A stretch of 64,000 bases of DNA from Nitrososphaeria archaeon (lineage in GTDB: Archaea > Thermoproteota > Nitrososphaeria > Nitrososphaerales > JAAOZN01). Made by a program: the position numbers and the translations under genes. Below the pieces are notes generated by a model that was given only the letters and a program-made list of their open reading frames with translations, was not told where the DNA came from and did not search any database. Shown piece after piece: positions 1 to 7,687 of this stretch. The DNA lies in NCBI GenBank assembly GCA_029775855.1, contig JARVJZ010000001.1, positions 224,001-288,000 of the forward strand, read 5' to 3'. Numbering within the stretch: position 1 is the first letter of the stretch; every line of letters starts with the position of its first letter.

Positions 1-106
1 GACCTTAAAAGAGAAGTATCTGAATAGGCTTACCCCAGAAGAGCAGCAGCTGCTTGAAGAGATTATTTTAGTTAGAAAGAAGGTGCTCTCAACCTACCCC
101 TATTGA
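1..106 (+). CDS. 3' end of an unidentified gene running in from the left edge
   Basis: Frame 2 is open from the edge (TLKEKYLNRLTPEEQQLLEEIILVRKKVLSTYPY) to TGA at 104-106. Confidence 0.5.
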   Translation, partial: TLKEKYLNRLTPEEQQLLEEIILVRKKVLSTYPY

Positions 107-162
107 GGAAACTAAACACTTTTTAAATAACTGCAAACCCTAACCTTACACGGATATGTAAA

Positions 163-468
163 TTGGTCAAGGTAACAGTAATAGCAATGGGTAGTGTAAG
201 AGAGGCATTAGGCGGCTGGGGCACAAGAACGGTAGAGGTGACTGGAAGCGTAAAAGACCTACTACTGACACTTAAGACTAAAGAAGGAAAGACCCTCTAT
301 GAACTTATGGTTGACCCAGACGGCACAAAAGATCGATACTTGATACGCTGGGTTAGAGGAGATCTAAGACCATCCAACCTAATCTACCAAAAAGACCTTG
401 AGATGCAACTAGAAGACGGAGACCGCATCTGGCTCCTGGATAACCCACCCGTTATAATAGGCGGCTAG
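163..468 (+). CDS. MoaD/ThiS/SAMP ubiquitin-like protein
   Basis: 101 aa, beta-grasp-like pattern (LEDGDRIWL), C-terminal IIGG; TTG start. Confidence 0.8.
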   Translation: MVKVTVIAMGSVREALGGWGTRTVEVTGSVKDLLLTLKTKEGKTLYELMVDPDGTKDRYLIRWVRGDLRPSNLIYQKDLEMQLEDGDRIWLLDNPPVIIGG

Positions 469-470
469 TC

Positions 471-556
471 TGTCAAAAAACGACAAATCAGATAGCGGTG
501 CTGCCATTTATAGACAAGTTTATAAACACCCTAAGATATACTCATTAAGACAAGTT
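471..556 (+). promoter_or_regulatory. Promoter and candidate operator of the V4R-KaiC-GH3 operon
   Basis: TATA-like GTTTATAAAC 518-527; AGACAAGTT at 512-520 and 548-556; TGTC-N7-GACA at 471-485. Confidence 0.45.
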
Positions 557-559
557 GGT

Positions 560-1237
560 TTGCTGAAAATGTTGAATAAATCGGGATTTGAAGTAGATGA
601 TATCGACTTAAAGATCATTCAAGTCTTAGTAAAAAATGCAAGGGCAGACTTCAAAGATATCGCAGAAATTGTTGGTGTTTCAGACCGAACTGTTGCAAGA
701 AGAATAGAGCGCTTGGAAAAGAATAAAGTAATCAGAGGGTATCACGTCGATTTAGATCAAGAAGCGTTAATGCAACAAGGCATTAACCTTCCAGAATGTG
801 ATGAATACGTGAAGTTGAGCCGCCTAGAGTGGGAGGAGCTCTGGAATGCGCTTGGAAAGATAATGGGAAGCGGGCTTGGCATCTTGCTTTTCCACGCGGG
901 GAAGGCTGTAGGCTCAGAAATAGGCTCAAAGCTGCTTAAACGATACATAGAGCCATCAACTGCGTTAAATATGCTGCCAACGATGCTCGTTGGACGAGGA
1001 TGTAAAGAATGTAGGCTAATCGACTTAAATCAAGATAAAGGTTTGGGCAAGCTTGAAGTAGTAAAGCAGGGTATAACCATCCAGAAAAACACTGGCATTT
1101 TCTTAGAGTGGCTAAGAGGTCTAATTTCAGGAGCCCTAGAGACAATATTAGGTAAGAAGATTGATGTTGTCGAAGATTCATCGGTAGCTGACCGCATAAC
1201 TTACAGATTCAGCCAAGGTGGTGATATAAAAACTTGA
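560..1237 (+). CDS. Lrp/AsnC-type HTH regulator fused to a V4R ligand-binding domain
   Basis: N-terminal DDIDLKIIQVL..NAR..IAE.VGVS..TV.RRI.RLE; C-terminal LFHAGKAVG...RG...RGLISGALE..LG V4R pattern. Confidence 0.8.
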   Translation: MLKMLNKSGFEVDDIDLKIIQVLVKNARADFKDIAEIVGVSDRTVARRIERLEKNKVIRGYHVDLDQEALMQQGINLPECDEYVKLSRLEWEELWNALGKIMGSGLGILLFHAGKAVGSEIGSKLLKRYIEPSTALNMLPTMLVGRGCKECRLIDLNQDKGLGKLEVVKQGITIQKNTGIFLEWLRGLISGALETILGKKIDVVEDSSVADRITYRFSQGGDIKT

Positions 1238-1926
1238 ACAGCCAGAGGGTAAAGACTGGTGTAGATAGACTCGACTACATACTTAAGGGCGGAATACCAA
1301 GAGGTTCAGTGGTGCTCTTAGCTGGCGGACCTGGCACAGGCAAGACCATATTATCTGCACGCTTCCTCTACAGCGGTATAGTTGATTATAATGAAGGCGG
1401 GATGTATGTGAGCTTCACAGAGACACGGGAAGCATTCAAAAACTATATGTTAAACTTTGGCTGGAACTTTGACGAGCTCGAGAAGAAAGGACTCTTCACT
1501 TTTCTAGACCTCTTCTCCACATCTGAAGAAGGCTTAGATCACGTCATCAAAACCATTTTAGAACCGATCTCTATACGGAAGATAAAACGGTTAGTGATCG
1601 ACTCTGTCACAGCACTCTCAATAAGCCTAGGTGAGAGATACAAGGTTAGGAACATTGTATATCTTCTGAAGCAGCTCCTCAAGCAGACTGACTGCACCTC
1701 AATATTCGTAGCCGAAGTGCCCTTCGGCTACCCTATGATGGGTGTAGGGATTGAAGAGTTCGTTGTTGATGGTGTCATAGTTTTAGAGCTGCAGCGTGAA
1801 GGCTATGAGTTTAGAAGGAGGATTGCCGTTCTTAAGATGCGTGGAACAGAGCACGACCTAAAATACTATAGATTCGACATCCAGCATACAATCGGACTCA
1901 AGATAATGCCTATACTCGCGGAGTAG
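1234..1926 (+). CDS. KaiC-like (RAD55/RecA superfamily) ATPase, single domain
   Basis: Walker A GGPGTGKT, Walker B LVIDS, DGVI and KMRG motifs; 4-nt overlap with the upstream gene. Confidence 0.92.
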   Translation: MNSQRVKTGVDRLDYILKGGIPRGSVVLLAGGPGTGKTILSARFLYSGIVDYNEGGMYVSFTETREAFKNYMLNFGWNFDELEKKGLFTFLDLFSTSEEGLDHVIKTILEPISIRKIKRLVIDSVTALSISLGERYKVRNIVYLLKQLLKQTDCTSIFVAEVPFGYPMMGVGIEEFVVDGVIVLELQREGYEFRRRIAVLKMRGTEHDLKYYRFDIQHTIGLKIMPILAE

Positions 1927-1935
1927 GATCTAAGT

Positions 1936-3543
1936 TTGGATGAAAAAACTTTATACGAACAAACCTGCAGCTTCTTTGAAAAAAGTTTCTCCCGTCAACT
2001 CGAATTCAACCAAACGCAGCTTCAAGAGCATCTTAAACGATGGCAGCAAACGATAACCTCAAAGCGGATAGCTGCAAGCACAGAGCGTAGAGAGCAGGTG
2101 CCTCTCACAGAATATTACGATTATCAAGAGATGATTGAATTCGGGAATGCTCTTCAAAAGCTTGTAGAACAAAACGTAAGGGGAAAAGATGAGCTACTAG
2201 CTGATTATTACTGCCGGTTAGCAGGAAAGATCAAATATATTGTAGAAGGCGCTCTCCCTTACGAGTTAGCATTTGTAGTGAAGACTACTGGTTCAACTGG
2301 TAATAGCAAATGGCTGGTGCACGGTGACCTCTTCTGGGAAAACTTTCGACTCGACTCGATAGCTACTGGCATCCTTGCTTGTAGCGAAACATGGGGCAAG
2401 ACGAAATATCAAATAGGTGATAAAGGTCTCAATGTAGTCGCTCCAGTACCTTACTTAAGTGGTTGGTCAATAAAGTCTGTCATACCCTACTTTCAACCAG
2501 TCCCACCATTAGAAGTTACAGACAATATCCCGGACACTAGAAGAAAGTTCTACCTTGCTCTCAAGGTGATGGAGAAGGGTGAAAAAATTGTTGTTGGCGG
2601 AGCAAACGCAGCAACCTTCTACATGCTTTTCAGATACTTCACAGACCAAACAGCCTTCTTCAAAGACCTTTACAAGTCTGTAAATGTTAGTCTAATAAAA
2701 TTCTACTTCTTATACAGAATGATTCAAAGCTTATTCAAATCAAGAAACATCGTACCCATCTTAGATGTCTTCCCTCTTAAAGGAGCCATGGTTGGAGGAG
2801 CCGACACAAAGGTCTACTGTGAATTCTTTAAGAACACCTTTGGCTTTGTTCCATTAAACATATATGGTTCTTCTGAAGCCGGTATAGCTTTCTTAGGTAC
2901 ACCTGATGATAGACTTAATCTTATTCCAAATCTCCGCTCGGGATATTATGAATTTGTTAATGATCTTGGAGAAATATTGGCGTTAAATGAGGTTAAGAAA
3001 GATGAGGTGTATGAATTGGTGGTGTCTCCTTTTGGCTCAGGTTTGGTTAGATACAGAAGTGGAGACCTCTTCAAAGTGGTAAAGATAAGAGATGACGGTT
3101 TACCAATCTTCTCCTGCGAGGGTAGGAAGATTAACGTCATCGACATATACGGCTACTTTAGGCTCACAGAAGGGCTTATTGCCGAAGCACTTGCTCAAGC
3201 CGGGTTAAAAAACTCCGACAAATGGGCTGTCATAAAACAATCTACACCAGAAGAACACATACACTTCCTAATGGAGAAGGAATGGGAGTATTCAGAAGAG
3301 GAAGCTGAAAAACAAATATTTCGCGCACTCATAAACGTCTCAGATGAATTTGCGCAATATATAAGGGTGTTTAGAATAAAGAAGCCTTCGCAGATAATCA
3401 AAGTTGAATATCTAAAACAAGGTGCATTCACTAGATACATAATTCGAGCAACTAAACTTGGATTACCTTTGGGCCAACTTAAAGTTCCAAAGATAATACC
3501 AATGGATAGAGCTGACATATTTGACCTTATAAAGAGTGTATAA
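1936..3543 (+). CDS. GH3-family acyl-acid amido synthetase (ANL adenylating superfamily)
   Basis: VPLTEYYDY, P-loop TTGSTGNSK, YGSSE, YELVVS, GLVRYRSGDL, GR, C-terminal GQLKVPKI are GH3 signature motifs. Confidence 0.85.
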   Translation: MDEKTLYEQTCSFFEKSFSRQLEFNQTQLQEHLKRWQQTITSKRIAASTERREQVPLTEYYDYQEMIEFGNALQKLVEQNVRGKDELLADYYCRLAGKIKYIVEGALPYELAFVVKTTGSTGNSKWLVHGDLFWENFRLDSIATGILACSETWGKTKYQIGDKGLNVVAPVPYLSGWSIKSVIPYFQPVPPLEVTDNIPDTRRKFYLALKVMEKGEKIVVGGANAATFYMLFRYFTDQTAFFKDLYKSVNVSLIKFYFLYRMIQSLFKSRNIVPILDVFPLKGAMVGGADTKVYCEFFKNTFGFVPLNIYGSSEAGIAFLGTPDDRLNLIPNLRSGYYEFVNDLGEILALNEVKKDEVYELVVSPFGSGLVRYRSGDLFKVVKIRDDGLPIFSCEGRKINVIDIYGYFRLTEGLIAEALAQAGLKNSDKWAVIKQSTPEEHIHFLMEKEWEYSEEEAEKQIFRALINVSDEFAQYIRVFRIKKPSQIIKVEYLKQGAFTRYIIRATKLGLPLGQLKVPKIIPMDRADIFDLIKSV

Positions 3544-5626
3544 GATGAGTACAGCACTGCTATGGTCAAGCCAGTATATTGCTGCCGTAATAATAGGGTT
3601 AGCGCTCGCTCTACGTATCTTACAAAAAGAACCTAGGGTGCTGGTGAACTATCTTTTGCTAATTTATTCGCTACTAGTGTCAATTTGGTCTTGCTCTGTC
3701 TTTATACATAGAACTACTCCATATCTTGATCTATCGATGCTTGCATTTAGAATAGGTGCGATCTCACTCTTCTTAGCTCAGGGAACATATTTATCTATGG
3801 CATTTTCCATCCGTTCACTTAAAAAACGATACTTGTTTATGATTTTACCGGCATTGGTAGTCTCAATAATCTATCTTGGCTTCGGCGACTTCACATTTAC
3901 CTACACAAGCTTTGGTTGGTCATATCGCTTGGCTGGTGATTTATTTTCACAGAGTATACGTGGGTTGACTAACGAAGCCTATAACTTTGCTATTCTCTTA
4001 ACACTTTACTCGTTATATAAAGGAGCAGCTAGTCCTGTGTTAAAACGTAAATTAAAGTTCCTATTACTTCCTTACTTGACCTTTCAGTTTATTGGCTTTT
4101 CGGCAACAAACCTTATATTAATAGTGAGTGAGGACGTGCCGCCCTTTGGAGGAATGCTGCATATAGGGACGTTTATAACTATGAGCTATGCGCTAACTCT
4201 CTCACCTAAACCTTTGATAGCCTACGCATCAGCTTCAGATACGTCTGGGAGATATACCCGCTTTCTAAACCAACTACTTGATAAGTTGCCCGGAGAAGCA
4301 TTAGGCCAAAAGTATGTCCTCTTTTCCCAGTTCCTAAAGCAAACTAACATAGATAAATGTGTATCATATATAGGTGACCGACCGTTTTTCAAGGCAAGAA
4401 TCCAATTAGACTTGGTATTAAGTATTGAGAAGACGCTCGACTATTTATGTGAAATCAAATCAATTTCCCTTTTGGATAGCTATCTACCTGTCATAAATGC
4501 TGCCTATACGAGTCTATCTGCTTCGGAAAGGCAGAAGTTAGATGAGGTGATCTTGAAGCATGCGAAGTTTCTGATGGAATGTGATGTATTTTATGGTGTA
4601 GATGGAGGAAGACTCCTGCAGAAGGTTGAGGTAGACAGTAGCTTAAATAGTATCCAAGATACAGAAGCCGCTTTAAGAATATACAAGAGGATACTGCTTG
4701 CAACCTTTACGGAGTTTAACAGCGTTTTAGGTAGCGAGTTCCTCAACCGCCTCCTTCTCTACGATGTTTTGAAGGATATAGAATTGGAGGCTGACGGTTA
4801 CATTTCGATAACAAACTGCTTAGAGAAGCATAAGAATGACCCGCCTGTAAAGATTATAACATTGTTCAACAGTTTCCTCTCTCAAGCTATATCTCAAGTC
4901 GAAGACACAGCGCCAAGGACCGCTAGCGTAATATTAGGCAAGATAAATAGAGTCCTGGAGTTAAACTGGCGCCGCGCGTCAAAATTAGGTATCGTATCCG
5001 CTCTGAGAATTGCCCTCGGTGATTTGGTTTCTGAGCCAATAACCATACCTTTGCTAAATGAACCTATAACCACAGACACCTTTAGAGCTTCGTCAATCAT
5101 ACTAGGCAAATCTATAGAAGAGGTTGCAGGGAAGGTTATCCTCTTAGAGTTCACAACACCAATACCTCTACAGCTCGCTGCAAGAAGGTTAGCAGTAGAA
5201 GCGCTGGCAAAAGGATATGATGTGGTAGTCTTCACTAGAAAGGGTAGTGTGGTCGAAGAATCCCTCACACCATTAGACGTGAAATATATTTACCTCACAC
5301 TAATACCTCACACAGAAAAGGAAGGAGGCAAATCCTATGTCCAGCTCAGAGATCCAACCGAAGTGTTAACCGCACTTAGCGAGCTAAGCCCATCTGAGGC
5401 ATCACTCATACTCTTTGACAACCTCACCGACCTAATCCTAACAACCGGCTTCGACAAAACATACACCCTTCTGCGACACGTGGTTGAACTAGCGGCGGAG
5501 ACGAAAGCGGTCATATTACTCGGACTCAACAAAGACGCACACGAAAAGCAGCAAGTAGCCGCCTTAGAAGCCCTAGTAAACCTAACTATAAACCTAGAAA
5601 AGGCAGCTAAACTGTTAGAGCGTTAA
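3536..5626 (+). CDS. Membrane sensor: N-terminal 7TM (HisKA_7TM-like) region, helical middle, C-terminal DUF835-like inactive KaiC-fold domain
   Basis: About 7 hydrophobic segments in aa 1-225; C-terminal ILFDNLTDLIL..GFDKTY..L...VILLGLNKDAH...LE pattern; no kinase motifs. Confidence 0.7.
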   Translation: MYKMSTALLWSSQYIAAVIIGLALALRILQKEPRVLVNYLLLIYSLLVSIWSCSVFIHRTTPYLDLSMLAFRIGAISLFLAQGTYLSMAFSIRSLKKRYLFMILPALVVSIIYLGFGDFTFTYTSFGWSYRLAGDLFSQSIRGLTNEAYNFAILLTLYSLYKGAASPVLKRKLKFLLLPYLTFQFIGFSATNLILIVSEDVPPFGGMLHIGTFITMSYALTLSPKPLIAYASASDTSGRYTRFLNQLLDKLPGEALGQKYVLFSQFLKQTNIDKCVSYIGDRPFFKARIQLDLVLSIEKTLDYLCEIKSISLLDSYLPVINAAYTSLSASERQKLDEVILKHAKFLMECDVFYGVDGGRLLQKVEVDSSLNSIQDTEAALRIYKRILLATFTEFNSVLGSEFLNRLLLYDVLKDIELEADGYISITNCLEKHKNDPPVKIITLFNSFLSQAISQVEDTAPRTASVILGKINRVLELNWRRASKLGIVSALRIALGDLVSEPITIPLLNEPITTDTFRASSIILGKSIEEVAGKVILLEFTTPIPLQLAARRLAVEALAKGYDVVVFTRKGSVVEESLTPLDVKYIYLTLIPHTEKEGGKSYVQLRDPTEVLTALSELSPSEASLILFDNLTDLILTTGFDKTYTLLRHVVELAAETKAVILLGLNKDAHEKQQVAALEALVNLTINLEKAAKLLER

Positions 5627-5632
5627 CCAAAA

Positions 5633-5731
5633 TGGTGGACCGGGGGGGATTCGAACCCCCGACCTCCCGCGTGCGAGGCGGGCGTCTGCACCAGCCACAG
5701 CAGACTGCTCATACCACTGAACTACCGGCCC
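5633..5731 (-). tRNA. tRNA-Ala(CGC), CCA encoded, 23-nt intron at 23/24 (5686-5708)
   Basis: GGGCCGG/CCGGTCC acceptor stem, T-arm GGGGG-TTCGAAT-CCCCC, anticodon arm CCCGC-CT-CGC-AC-GCGGG; intron flanked by a BHB (GTAT/GTGC helix, bulges GAG and AGA). Confidence 0.95.
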
Positions 5732-5747
5732 ACTTAAACAAGGCCTC

Positions 5748-5834
5748 GGGACTAGAGCGCAACCCAACATATATTCTTCATCCCAGAGGCGTGGTCAGAT
5801 CGCCCGTCGTAACGTTGGGCTGCGCATCTCCCCC
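5748..5834 (-). ncRNA. BHB-flanked box C/D guide RNA (single K-turn), predicted target 16S C1402; excised part 5752-5825
   Basis: GGG-GGAG-ATG-13-bp stem / stem-CTCT-AGT-CCC is a canonical BHB; inside are guide CGACGGGCG, box D CTGA, CCA/TGG stem and box C ATGAAGA. Confidence 0.75.
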
Positions 5835-5965
5835 TTTTACCCCATTACTATAATCAGTTCAAGCATATTACAGTTACCAAACCCATTCTTCCATCCACCA
5901 CACAAGCACTACTCTATTATAACCATCATAAAAGTTTAATATATTCGCTTAACATACCTACATAA

Positions 5966-6015
5966 GCTTACACCCAAATTTCACACTTGTGTAAAAAGGG
6001 TGTGAGCCTAGGTGA
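5966..6015 (+). promoter_or_regulatory. 5' leader hairpin plus SD of aIF-1A
   Basis: GCTTACACCC (5966-5975) pairs with GGGTGTGAGC (5998-6007); AGGTGA 6010-6015; TATA-like TTTAATA 5935-5941. Confidence 0.55.
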
Positions 6016-6021
6016 AATAAA

Positions 6022-6333
6022 ATGGGAAAGAGGAAGGTAATCAGCGAAGAAGAGTTAAAAGAAATGGTCTACCCAGGACCAGGAGAAGTACTGGGTAGAG
6101 TAGTTAAAAGACTTGGAAGCGACCTTATGGTAGTAAAATGCGCTGACGGTAAAACCAGAATTGGTAGAATAAGAGGGAAATTGAAGCGCAGAATCTGGGT
6201 AAGAGATAACGACGTAGTTCTCGTCGCACCATGGGACTTTAAAAGTGATGAAAGAGGAGATATAATCTGGCGCTACACCATAGCACAAATAGATATTCTA
6301 AAGTCACAAGGATACCTACCACTCGACCTCTGA
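6022..6333 (+). CDS. eif1a: Translation initiation factor aIF-1A
   Basis: CADGKTRIGRIRGKLKRRIWVRDNDVVLVAPWDF...GDIIWRY. Confidence 0.97.
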   Translation: MGKRKVISEEELKEMVYPGPGEVLGRVVKRLGSDLMVVKCADGKTRIGRIRGKLKRRIWVRDNDVVLVAPWDFKSDERGDIIWRYTIAQIDILKSQGYLPLDL

Positions 6334-6344
6334 GGCTGAACCCT

Positions 6345-7130
6345 ATGTGGAGCGGAGGCGACGACCTCCCAGAAGAGGTCAAAGAAAGTCTACTTGAGTA
6401 TGAAAAAAAGAGCAGATACCTAATAAAACGCTCAGAAGACCAGCAGGTAATCGAAGACGTCTTTGACAAAGCAACAAAGATGGCCTTATACAAACTCATA
6501 AACAAAGGTGCACTTCAAACACTCATCGGCGTAGTCAAAACAGGGAAAGAATCAAGGGTCTACTGGGGGAAAAAAGCAGACAACACAGACGTAGCAGTAA
6601 AGATTTACCTAACAGTAGCAGCTGACTTTAGAAGAAGACTACCATACATCCAAGGCGACCCAAGATTCACAAATGTCGGTAAAGGAATAAGAAACATAGT
6701 TGAAGTCTGGGCTAAAAAAGAATACCGCAACCTAAGCGAAGCCTACAAAGCGGGCGTCAAAGTGCCGCAACCATTCAACCTAAACAAAAACATACTCGTT
6801 ATGCAGTTCATAGGTGAAGAAGGCAAACCAGCACCCACCCTAAAAGAAGTAGATAAACTGACACAAAAAGACTACCGCAACGTAATAGAGCAGATAACCT
6901 TACTCTACCAGAAGGCTGAGCTCGTGCACGCAGACTTATCCGAATACAACATCTTTAAATGGAGAGATGAAGTAATCCTATTTGACTTCGGCTCAGCAGT
7001 ATCCAGAGAACATCCAAATGCAGACGATTTCCTACAAAGAGATATAGAAAACCTAAACCGCTTCTTCAGCAAAAAAGGAGTTAGAACGCAGCAAACACAA
7101 ACCTTACTCAAAAAAGTGAAAGGCGAATGA
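6345..7130 (+). CDS. rio1: RIO1 serine kinase/ATPase
   Basis: TGKESRVY, AVKIY, WAKKEYRNL, LVHADLSEYN, FDFG. Confidence 0.95.
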   Translation: MWSGGDDLPEEVKESLLEYEKKSRYLIKRSEDQQVIEDVFDKATKMALYKLINKGALQTLIGVVKTGKESRVYWGKKADNTDVAVKIYLTVAADFRRRLPYIQGDPRFTNVGKGIRNIVEVWAKKEYRNLSEAYKAGVKVPQPFNLNKNILVMQFIGEEGKPAPTLKEVDKLTQKDYRNVIEQITLLYQKAELVHADLSEYNIFKWRDEVILFDFGSAVSREHPNADDFLQRDIENLNRFFSKKGVRTQQTQTLLKKVKGE

Positions 7131-7687
7131 CCTTTGAACAAACACTCAAGATCCCCATAGATCGTATAGGCGCACTGCTAGGAAAGCAAGGCTCAACCAA
7201 AGCAGAAATAGAAAAGCTGTGCAACGTATCCATCAACGTAGACAGCAACACAGGTGAAGTAACTGTAAAGATCAAAGGAGCAGTTGAAGAAGCAGAACCA
7301 TTTAAAGCCCTAGCCATAATCAACGCAATAAGCAGAGGTTTCTCACCTCAAAGAGCATTCAAACTTACAAAAGACAACACAACACTAGAAACCATAGATC
7401 TAAGAGAATACGCAGGCAGATCTAAAGACGCATTAACTAGAATAAAGGGCAGAATAATCGGGCAAAACGGCAAAGCAAGGAGAGTGATAGAAGAACTCAC
7501 GAGAACAGAAGTATCAGTATATGGACACACAGTATCCATAATAGGTGAACCAGAAGGCGTTAAGCTTGCCGCGGAGGCTGTAAAGACACTCGCATCAGGA
7601 AGCCAACACAGCACAGTATATCGAATGCTTCAAAGAGCAAGGCAAAAAGCAAAACTTGAGCGCCTAAAACTATGGGAGGAAGAGTGA
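7127..7687 (+). CDS. KH-domain pre-rRNA processing protein (Dim2/Pno1)
   Basis: Two KH GxxG motifs (LLGKQG, IIGQNG), RGFSP; conserved position after rio1. Confidence 0.92.
   Translation: MTFEQTLKIPIDRIGALLGKQGSTKAEIEKLCNVSINVDSNTGEVTVKIKGAVEEAEPFKALAIINAISRGFSPQRAFKLTKDNTTLETIDLREYAGRSKDALTRIKGRIIGQNGKARRVIEELTRTEVSVYGHTVSIIGEPEGVKLAAEAVKTLASGSQHSTVYRMLQRARQKAKLERLKLWEEE

Noticed and set aside
1234-1926. KaiC as a circadian clock
   Set aside because: Single domain, EF in place of the ST phosphosites, and no kaiA/kaiB.
5790-5810. GGCGAT...CGCC as a fluoride riboswitch
   Set aside because: Lacks the GGCGAUG and downstream GCUGAUGAC elements and has no transporter gene; the C/D guide reading explains it better.
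5632-5853. 73-aa ORF MVDRGGFEPPTS...
   Set aside because: Antisense reading of tRNA-Ala and the adjacent structured RNA.
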